Part shown: positions 51,488 to 57,761 of the stretch, piece after piece
Layout of the letters: each line of letters opens with the position of its first letter
Numbering within the stretch: the first letter of the stretch is position 1
Virus record (IMG/VR): IMGVR_UViG_3300034096_000310
Span: 1 to 61,521 of that record
Strand: one strand, 5' to 3'
From: a virus
Lineage: Duplodnaviria; Caudoviricetes
DNA length: 61,521 bases
Position numbers and translations under genes: made by a program
Notes under the pieces: model-generated
Databases searched by the model: none
The model's input: only the letters and a program-made list of their open reading frames with translations
What the model was told of the DNA's origin: nothing

Positions 51488-51581
51488 ATGAAAAAACCCC
51501 CAATTAGTCGCATTAAAAGGGGGAGCAGGTAAATAAAAGTAAGCATCCCCGACTTCGTATGCGACACGTCATCGGAAGGTG

Positions 51582-51628
51582 CAAAGATTAACACTCTAAT
51601 TTAGATAGTGCTGAAAAAGAGGGGGTGA
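51582..51628 (-). promoter_or_regulatory. Putative promoter: TCACCCCCT box, palindromic operator and AATCTTTG
   Basis: 46-nt spacing; operator at 51590-51610. Confidence 0.65.
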
Positions 51629-51640
51629 AAGTTCGGGGGA

Positions 51641-51925
51641 TTAATACTCCCAAGCAGGTCTCAATATATACTCGTATTCGCCTTCAGAATCATTTAGATT
51701 TGCCATTGCTTTAATTGAATTAACCTCTCTAATATTGTCCCCTATCCCGCTAAAAGATATAGATGTTACTTCTGCGCCAGTTTCATCCTCTATGGCTCTT
51801 ATTATTCTATCATCCCAATTTTCTTTTCTTATAACTGCGACTACGTTGTTGTCCTCGTTGAATAGCAAATAGTGTGTGTTGTTCATGGCTTCCCTTAGGT
51901 CGCCGATAGTCCAAATTTTCTGCAT
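51641..51925 (-). CDS. Early hypothetical protein (MQKIWT...)
   Basis: Start placed just after repeat element 51933-51992. Confidence 0.6.
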   Translation of the reverse strand: MQKIWTIGDLREAMNNTHYLLFNEDNNVVAVIRKENWDDRIIRAIEDETGAEVTSISFSGIGDNIREVNSIKAMANLNDSEGEYEYILRPAWEY

Positions 51926-51932
51926 GGTATTA

Positions 51933-51992
51933 GGGTTTTGATGAGGAACTATTTGCCATCGAAGGCCACGGCTATACCGATAGTTCGGGGGA
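51933..51992 (-). repeat. Intergenic tRNA-like element E7
   Basis: TCCCCC-GAACTA...GCC-TTCGAT-GGC-AAA-TAGTTC-CTCATCAAAACCC. Confidence 0.75.
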
Positions 51993-52322
51993 TTAATGTT
52001 CGTATCTCCAAGACTCCTTAGATTCACTCCTTTCGGATGCAACGTCACTTGCGTAGTCATTCGCCAATATCTTTAACTCCTCCACCTCCTCGCCACCAGT
52101 AATACCCCAGTCCATTTTCGCCACTCTTTCGGATAAGGAAGGTAGCTTTAGGTCAGCCAAGAACTGGTTCAGTAGTTCAAATGATTCCTTAAAAGATTTG
52201 GTCGTAGACTTATTGCTCACATTGATATTTTCAATGAACTCAAGCAGTTCATCGTTGACAATAAAGTCACTGCCATCATAGGACTTCAGTGCCTCAAGCA
52301 CTTGGGTGATAATAGTATCCAT
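51993..52322 (-). CDS. Early hypothetical acidic protein
   Basis: Bounded by elements E6 and E7. Confidence 0.6.
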   Translation of the reverse strand: MDTIITQVLEALKSYDGSDFIVNDELLEFIENINVSNKSTTKSFKESFELLNQFLADLKLPSLSERVAKMDWGITGGEEVEELKILANDYASDVASERSESKESWRYEH

Positions 52323-52327
52323 GATTC

Positions 52328-52393
52328 GGGGTTTTGATGAGGAACTGGTGACTGGAGCGACCAGTCTTCGGACATTCCTACCAGTTCGGGGGA
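52328..52393 (-). repeat. Intergenic tRNA-like element E6
   Basis: GAACTGGT...GACTG-GTCGCTC-CAGTC-ACCAGTTC-CTCATCAAAACCCC. Confidence 0.8.
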
Positions 52394-52555
52394 TTACTTT
52401 GTAACCAATCCATTCTCATAGGCGGTCTTAGCATCCTCTTCGTTAGCAAAGAGAATCTCAGCAGGATACTCACCTTCTGCGGATAGGATTTCAAAGTCAA
52501 GGTCTTCGCCTAGCATCTCTCGAATGTCAGACGGATTGTGTGCGTAGTATTTCAT
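52394..52555 (-). CDS. Small acidic protein (53 aa, MKYYAHNP...)
   Basis: Read directly; its stop abuts E6. Confidence 0.55.
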   Translation of the reverse strand: MKYYAHNPSDIREMLGEDLDFEILSAEGEYPAEILFANEEDAKTAYENGLVTK

Positions 52556-52721
52556 AGTTGTATCGTTTAAAGCCCGATTGCTTTGTGTCCTCCTCCACGA
52601 GTCGCTTGTAGCGATTCCGCAGTTCGGCTCTTAGCTTTCGGTCTTTGGTTTGGTGGTAGGCTTCCCACACCTTGTCAATCTCTGATGGGGTTGTTATTGC
52701 CTGATATACTATTGATTTCAT
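52527..52721 (-). CDS. Early hypothetical protein
   Basis: ORF within the array. Confidence 0.5.
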   Translation of the reverse strand: MKSIVYQAITTPSEIDKVWEAYHQTKDRKLRAELRNRYKRLVEEDTKQSGFKRYNYEILRTQSV

Positions 52722-52766
52722 CGGCTAATTTTAATAGTTCTTGAATTGCTTCTTCTATCTCTTTCA

Positions 52767-53033
52767 TTACCACTGGTTTTCGGTGAAGAATTTGATTGCA
52801 TTCTGAAGACTGCCAGTAGTGCCTTTCTTGACCTCATCACGACTGGGGATTCGGTTTCCGTAGTAGTCGCGGTGGGATTCTTTGGGGAGGAAGCACGCGC
52901 CAGTCTTCAGCATATCCATAGCTGATCGACCGATTGCACCTTCCATCTTCCAAGCAGTGCCTGATTCAATGAGTGACTGCATCTCGGCATAGCCTTGCTC
53001 CCGCTGATGCTTGCGGATGGTTTGGATGTTCAT
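52767..53033 (-). CDS. Early hypothetical protein
   Basis: AWKMEG.IGR and DYYGN.IPSR motifs; follows E5. Confidence 0.6.
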   Translation of the reverse strand: MNIQTIRKHQREQGYAEMQSLIESGTAWKMEGAIGRSAMDMLKTGACFLPKESHRDYYGNRIPSRDEVKKGTTGSLQNAIKFFTENQW

Positions 53034-53039
53034 AAAATT

Positions 53040-53105
53040 GGAGTTTTAGTTAGCACCGCCTCCAGTCGCGAACTGGATGCCATCAGGATGGGGCGGTTCG
53101 GGGGA
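53040..53105 (-). repeat. Intergenic tRNA-like element E5
   Basis: GAACCGCC...GATGG..TCCAG-TTCGCGA-CTGGA-GGCGGTGC. Confidence 0.75.
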
Positions 53106-53282
53106 TTATTGAGGGAGAATGGTGTAGTCCTCGCCATCGACATTCATCTGCTCCAATTCTTGCTCGTACGCGACTCCTTCATCGAGCAGTTCAAGGTACT
53201 TCTTCTCTGCTTCGGCTTCGTTATTGGCTTCAATTGTAAGGTACGTGGTGTAGGTGCGCTGTTGTTTGATTGTGTATTTCAT
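53106..53282 (-). CDS. Early small acidic protein (MKYTIK...)
   Basis: Bounded by E4 and E5. Confidence 0.6.
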   Translation of the reverse strand: MKYTIKQQRTYTTYLTIEANNEAEAEKKYLELLDEGVAYEQELEQMNVDGEDYTILPQ

Positions 53283-53350
53283 GGGGTTTTGATTTGATGA
53301 GGAACTGCCGAAGGAGTCGAACCTTCGTAAGACCATCGCAGTTCGGGGGA
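53283..53350 (-). repeat. Intergenic tRNA-like element E4
   Basis: GAACTGC-GATGGTCTTA-CGAAGG-TTCGACT-CCTTCG-GCAGTTC-CTCA. Confidence 0.85.
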
Positions 53351-53599
53351 TTATTCAATCTCTACTAACTGACCATCCTTTACTACATACTGATGGTCAT
53401 CATCCTCCTCCCATTCAGTCCAGTAGTATGCCTCATCTTCGTATGCCTCTTCCAAAGTATCGTACCCAAGGGACTGAGCGTACTTGAGGGCATCAGGTTC
53501 ATACTTGGCATAGTAGCATCCATCACCGAAGCAGAATCCTTCGTTCATTCCTTCGTTGGTCGCATCGCATTTGCGAGCGTAGGTTTGATTTTCTTGCAT
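53351..53599 (-). CDS. Early acidic hypothetical protein
   Basis: Its stop abuts E4. Confidence 0.6.
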   Translation of the reverse strand: MQENQTYARKCDATNEGMNEGFCFGDGCYYAKYEPDALKYAQSLGYDTLEEAYEDEAYYWTEWEEDDDHQYVVKDGQLVEIE

Positions 53600-53603
53600 A
53601 GGG

Positions 53604-53756
53604 TTAGTCGTTTAATGAATTAAGATGTTCAATCTCGGCATCATCGAGGTAGATACGGAGTCCATTGTCGATGGTGATGTAATTGTCCTTGACTTCGATT
53701 ATCTTCTTACCTACGAGGTATTCAGATGATTCGGGGGTGAATACTTGTGTGTTCAT
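53604..53756 (-). CDS. Early small protein (MNTQVF...)
   Basis: Starts directly after E3. Confidence 0.55.
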   Translation of the reverse strand: MNTQVFTPESSEYLVGKKIIEVKDNYITIDNGLRIYLDDAEIEHLNSLND

Positions 53757-53760
53757 ATCA

Positions 53761-53825
53761 GGGGTTTTGTTGAGGAACTGAGGGCGGTATCGCTCCGCCT
53801 TAGCCACTTTCTCAGTTCGGGAGAT
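53761..53825 (-). repeat. Intergenic tRNA-like element E3
   Basis: GAACTGAG-AAAGTGGCTAA-GGCGG-AGCGATA-CCGCC-CTCAGTTC-CTCA. Confidence 0.8.
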
Positions 53826-54317
53826 TTAGAATTCCCAGTCATAGTGATACTCTGCTCTACCAAAGAGGATATTCACCTTCGGGTATCTCCTTTTCACCTT
53901 GGTGAATCCTTTAACGAATCTGAGGTCGTTATTGTCATCGTAGAGTCCCAGTTCACTACAACGAATCCATAGGTCGGTCATATGCTTGAACTGATTCGAG
54001 AATTCGGGCTCAAACACGATGTCCTCAATCACCTCTCTCCATGCGCCGTTGCGGTATAGGAGAGTGCGCTTGTATCCATCGGGATTCGGAGTCAGTTCCC
54101 AGTCTTGGTGGCCCATACCTTCTGCATTGGGCTTGGCCTTGTGGTTCATCTCACGAATAACACACTGCTTACCATCGGCGGATACCTCCAACACCTCAGC
54201 AGGGTGGCGGTCTGAATACGATAGGAGAGTAGCACCTTTGCCTACCTCTGGGGTAGACGAATTGTTGCCCATAAGGTAGTTGGTGAAGCTACCTTCGAGT
54301 CTTCTAGTTTGTCTCAT
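53826..54317 (-). CDS. Early hypothetical protein
   Basis: PEVG.GAT...YSDR and G....Y.D..F motifs; bounded by E2 and E3. Confidence 0.65.
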   Translation of the reverse strand: MRQTRRLEGSFTNYLMGNNSSTPEVGKGATLLSYSDRHPAEVLEVSADGKQCVIREMNHKAKPNAEGMGHQDWELTPNPDGYKRTLLYRNGAWREVIEDIVFEPEFSNQFKHMTDLWIRCSELGLYDDNNDLRFVKGFTKVKRRYPKVNILFGRAEYHYDWEF

Positions 54318-54323
54318 GGTATA

Positions 54324-54379
54324 GGGGTTTGATTCGTAACTGGGAGGGGAGTCGAACCCCTCCTGAGACCATCCAGTTA
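54324..54379 (-). repeat. Intergenic tRNA-like element E2
   Basis: TAACTGG-ATGGTCTCA-GGAGGGG-TTCGACT-CCCCTCC-CAGTTA; the stem begins with the upstream stop codon. Confidence 0.8.
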
Positions 54380-55138
54380 TCCGCAGACGAACTCTGCGAC
54401 TGAGAACTTGGCATCACCCTCAACGATATCCTTCAGCCAGTTCTTCTCCTTGCCACTCATGAGGAGGGTAAACCCAAGCCGCTCCTCAGTTTCTACGTAC
54501 CGCTTGTACAACTGGGGGTTGTGCTTTGCGGCCACCTTGATATCGCTCTTATTGCTCATGATGCAGAACACGCAAGAGAGGCGGCTCATGCCGAGGTCGT
54601 AGGCATAGTGCCTCTTCTGACCTACTGACTCAATCTCAGCCCACACCTCCTTTACACTCCAGTCGAAGATGGGTAGCCAGTCGTACCACTCCCGACCCGC
54701 CTTGCTATTGCGCTCGTTGATGCGGAAGGGGATTTGCTTGGCGCGAGCGGATGACTCTTCGGAGCGGATACCCATGCAGTTCACGATGAGGGTCTTGCCT
54801 CTCTCCTTGCACCAGTTGCGGATAAACTTCTCAATCGGTTGGCGCTTGAGGTCACTGGTGCACTGGCGGTAACTGGGGGAGGGGAACATGCCGCGGTGCT
54901 CCACCATCTCGAAGAAGGTCTTGCCCGCACGAACGAGGTGCGCCTCTATGCCCAGTGAATTCTCTTGTACGTGCTCCCAACATCCCTCCCAGTCAACTTC
55001 GGGGAGGTCTGCATGGACGATGACCAGTTGGTCGTGGGGTACTACTTTGCTGAGGAATATCTTCATGGCTTGGCTATCCTTTCCACCTGAGTCGTTGATA
55101 AAAAAGATTGCGCCTCTGTCGATTAGTTGCTGAATCAT
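54377..55138 (-). CDS. PAPS reductase-family (PP-loop) protein
   Basis: SGGKDS, R.CT..LK..P, GIR.EES.ARA, PI.DW, Y.LG.SRLSC.FC. Confidence 0.85.
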   Translation of the reverse strand: MIQQLIDRGAIFFINDSGGKDSQAMKIFLSKVVPHDQLVIVHADLPEVDWEGCWEHVQENSLGIEAHLVRAGKTFFEMVEHRGMFPSPSYRQCTSDLKRQPIEKFIRNWCKERGKTLIVNCMGIRSEESSARAKQIPFRINERNSKAGREWYDWLPIFDWSVKEVWAEIESVGQKRHYAYDLGMSRLSCVFCIMSNKSDIKVAAKHNPQLYKRYVETEERLGFTLLMSGKEKNWLKDIVEGDAKFSVAEFVCG

Positions 55139-55144
55139 GGTATT

Positions 55145-55207
55145 GGGGTTTGGATGAGGAACTGGGTGTCATTCGATGACTTGCCTAAAGCGGCCCAGTT
55201 CGGGGGA
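55145..55207 (-). repeat. Intergenic tRNA-like element E1
   Basis: GAACTGGG...TAGG..GTC-ATCGAAT-GAC-A-CCCAGTTC-CTCA. Confidence 0.75.
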
Positions 55208-55209
55208 AA

Positions 55210-55293
55210 TTATCTACAAATTTGGTCTTGTATCTGACCCACCACATACCCTATCACCAATAGGGCAAGCAGTAACTGGATAACCTTTCTCAT
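55210..55293 (-). CDS. 27-aa membrane peptide MRKVIQLLLALLVIGYVVGQIQDQICR
   Basis: ATGA-coupled to the upstream ORF; stop lies just before E1. Confidence 0.5.
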   Translation of the reverse strand: MRKVIQLLLALLVIGYVVGQIQDQICR

Positions 55294-55484
55294 AGGGGTA
55301 GTAGGTTTGCTTGTTTACAAAGGCGCTCCCACTTAAGGTCACGCAAGATTTGCTTTGAATCTCCGCCCAGTTCCACGAGGATTTGCTTTACTCGGGTATG
55401 GGTAGAGATTGTTTTTTCGGTACGACGGATAACTTGTCCATCTGCCTTGGCAGTAAAGAGTGGGGATTTGATTCGCTTACGCAT
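55290..55484 (-). CDS. Early basic protein (MRKRIK...)
   Basis: Start overlaps the end of 55477-55602. Confidence 0.55.
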   Translation of the reverse strand: MRKRIKSPLFTAKADGQVIRRTEKTISTHTRVKQILVELGGDSKQILRDLKWERLCKQANLLPL

Positions 55485-55602
55485 AAGAAGGATTTTGAAG
55501 GGTGATAGAAAGGGTGTCAAATGTCACGATTTCCCATCCCATGGATAGGAGGTCAGCGGCAATCTGCTGACCCTTTAGGGTGAGGAGGTTTACGTTTATC
55601 AT
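55477..55602 (-). CDS. First early ORF, 41 aa (MINVNLLTLKG...)
   Basis: Read directly; AAACACC-ATG leader like other array genes. Confidence 0.55.
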   Translation of the reverse strand: MINVNLLTLKGQQIAADLLSMGWEIVTFDTLSITLQNPSYA

Positions 55603-55608
55603 GGTGTT

Positions 55609-55666
55609 TGGGTTTCGGAGGTTACTGCCCCCATCGTCAGTAGTGCGAATATTAGCACTAGACCCA
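55609..55666 (-). ncRNA. Type III hammerhead ribozyme
   Basis: UGGGUC / UAGUGC-UAAUAUUC-GCACUA / CUGACGA-U / GGGGG-CAGUAA-CCUCC / GAAA-CCCA. Confidence 0.88.
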
Positions 55667-56185
55667 TTTACTTATCGGGTAGTCGGGGGTGATAAATCGA
55701 CCCTTAACATCTGCCCATGCAAGTCAGTCCTTTCGGTTTGCTGACTCCAACACCCTGACTCGGAACTACCGAGGTTTGGCGCGACCTTGCGAGAACACTG
55801 GGAGCAGGTACGATACCGCCAGTGTGCCTGATGTTTATGTGCCGAGGAAGGCATCCTCGAGTCTCATCCCACTCTTCGTGGTGGCCACAACGTCTTACGA
55901 CGGAAGGCTCATATCGAGACCATCGCTATGCATTAATCGTGGTTTGGTGTCCGTCCGTCCATCGTACTCACCTAGTCGGGTGGATGGGTGGGAGGTGCGT
56001 TGCCCTAACACGAAACCTGAAAAGAACTATAGTGCTTTGCGGAATCGCTTACTCTCTACACCTCTTCCGACATTACCTTTCGGGATTGTTTATCAGTTCC
56101 ATTTAGCCTATTGCACTAGGGCAGGCGCACCATTACTTCAGAGCGGTAGTAAGCAAAACCTCAAAGAACTTCGTCCCGAAAGACA
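55661..56185 (-). ncRNA. Putative large structured non-coding RNA (~520 nt)
   Basis: Lies between a consensus promoter and the hammerhead cut site; many nested helices and GNRA loops; no credible ORF. Confidence 0.6.
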
Positions 56186-56188
56186 AGG

Positions 56189-56221
56189 CAAAACTAACGG
56201 ATAGGGATAACCGAATCCAAA
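56189..56221 (-). promoter_or_regulatory. Bacteroidota housekeeping-type promoter (early, leftward)
   Basis: TTTG (56221-56218), 21-nt spacer, TAGTTTTG (56196-56189), A/T-rich upstream. Confidence 0.8.
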
Positions 56222-56346
56222 TATTTTTGAAACTTTTTTTAAAAAATACGTATGTATACTTAGGCCGAGTGGCCAAAATCAATGAGTTATGAAAAATGTT
56301 AAATATTGTTAAGGGTTAACCATTAGTGGCCCAGTTCGGGGGCATC

Positions 56347-56670
56347 CTATAGCCGCTTATTGACATAGTAATTCCGTAAGTAAGAGAGATACTCCCTTCC
56401 TCTAGGAGATAGAGAGTAACGAATACCCTCTCGGACAAGCAATCCCAGTTGACAAAGATGCTTAAGGTTATTCCACGCATTGTTAGGCTTAACCCGACCA
56501 ATAGAATACTTAGCCAAATACTCACACACCCCTGCACACGTACACACACCCAAGACACGAACACCAACGAGTAAGCGCAAATCCAAGGGAGCAAGACGAG
56601 GGATACCCATCCGCTTCGCGATGCGATACTCCGCACCATCAGACATCAAATAGAATTTCTCAAGTTTCAT
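56347..56670 (-). CDS. Winged-helix (MarR-like) DNA-binding protein
   Basis: LK.L.QLGLLVR....YSLS.RGREYL wing motif. Confidence 0.6.
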   Translation of the reverse strand: MKLEKFYLMSDGAEYRIAKRMGIPRLAPLDLRLLVGVRVLGVCTCAGVCEYLAKYSIGRVKPNNAWNNLKHLCQLGLLVREGIRYSLSPRGREYLSYLRNYYVNKRL

Positions 56671-57100
56671 TGCTGGTCGACGGAGGGGAAAGGGGAGGGG
56701 GGATTATTTCGCTTTTCAGTACACACACCCACATTTTCCCACCTGACCTCCATCCGCTTTTTGTTTTATCGTTTATCGTTTCGCTTTTTCTCCCCACATC
56801 TGCACGATTTGCACACGTGTGCGTGTTGAGTGTCAGCATATTGCGTACTCCAGATGCTAATCGGTACTTAGCTACGAGGGGGCAAAATCGATTTCGGAAG
56901 GCCGAAAAACGCACCCACCCAGTCGCGGATTCGCGGTTCGCGCACGCATGCCCACCCACCCATTTATATATATAACCCCCACCCTTCACCCACATATTCC
57001 ACCCAAATATTCCCACTGGTGATACTCACGGCTTTCTACAAATGTAAACTGAGCAACTATCTATTTTATTGTGTTACTCACAGATGTTGGTAACTGGCTC

Positions 57101-57131
57101 TTTGAATTAGGTTATGGGGTCTTTATTTTTG
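57101..57131 (+). promoter_or_regulatory. Bacteroidota housekeeping-type promoter (rightward)
   Basis: TTTG (57101-57104), 19-nt spacer, TATTTTTG (57124-57131). Confidence 0.7.
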
Positions 57132-57134
57132 GCG

Positions 57135-57400
57135 CTATCCACCTTTCAGGAATCCGGCTCGGGTGGATCTAGAACGCGCAAGAGTGGGACAGCAGACGAT
57201 GGCGCAGCCCCGATGCAAAGGGAGGAGGGGTATGTCTGCAGGCTGGCACTTCAGTCTTAAAGTAGCTCCCAGACCGATCGGCGGTGTGTCCAGATCGGGA
57301 CGATAGATGCGGGCGTCCGAAGGGGCTCAGGCAAGTATCGGTTGCAGATCGGGGGACATAGTCATGCTCTCGATTCTGCAAGCATCCTCAAAGGCTAGGC
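57135..57400 (+). ncRNA. Putative structured RNA/leader
   Basis: GC-rich non-coding stretch with at least six helices right after the promoter. Confidence 0.5.
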
Positions 57401-57457
57401 AAGTATGTATACCTGTTTTTAGAGTATTAGTACAGGGTGGAGTCTAATTTGCAGATT

Positions 57458-57613
57458 ATGGAAATGATAAAAAGAAAGGACGGGTCTTATTCTCGCAGGG
57501 GTCTGTGGGATAATATCCGGGCCAATGCCGGTTCGGGGAAGAAGCCCACGAAGGCTATGTTAAAGCAAGAAGCTAAAATCAAAAGGAATGCCACTAAAAA
57601 AAGCAAAGGGTAA
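57458..57613 (+). CDS. Small basic protein (51 aa, GLWDNIRA motif)
   Basis: Read directly; K/R rich. Confidence 0.65.
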   Translation: MEMIKRKDGSYSRRGLWDNIRANAGSGKKPTKAMLKQEAKIKRNATKKSKG

Positions 57614-57761
57614 GTCTGACTACAACAAGGTAGTCTCTGCCAACATCCGTGAACTCATGGCGGATAACAAGAAGAAGGGTAAGGAGAAGGGTGCTGGTGG
57701 TAAGGCTAGGTCTAGGAAGCAGATACTGGCAATTGCGATCAGCTCGGCAAAGGGCAAATGA
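57588..57761 (+). CDS. Small basic protein (57 aa, MPLKK...SANIRELM...KQILAIA)
   Basis: Read directly; ATGA-coupled to the HNH gene. Confidence 0.65.
   Translation: MPLKKAKGKSDYNKVVSANIRELMADNKKKGKEKGAGGKARSRKQILAIAISSAKGK

Noticed and set aside
51933-55207. Repeat array read as a CRISPR array
   Set aside because: The repeats vary internally, are separated by whole genes of unequal length, and there are no cas genes.
51933-55207. Plus-strand TGATGAG-stem read as a hammerhead core
   Set aside because: The leading C and the GAAA are missing (GGGG instead), and it is antisense to the genes.
51933-55207. Elements read as ordinary intrinsic terminators or functional tRNAs
   Set aside because: There is no U tract on the coding strand and no anticodon arm; they are branched and carry T-loops.
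55685-56100. GGGGGTGATAAATCGAC as a tmRNA 5' end; GTGCG as a group II intron start
   Set aside because: No matching T-arm/acceptor 3' end or tag ORF; no domain V and no RT gene.
55689-56204. 171-aa plus-strand ORF, and similar ORFs at 56660-57016 and 57169-57381
   Set aside because: S/R/P-rich, unprotein-like sequences running against local transcription or overlying structured RNA.
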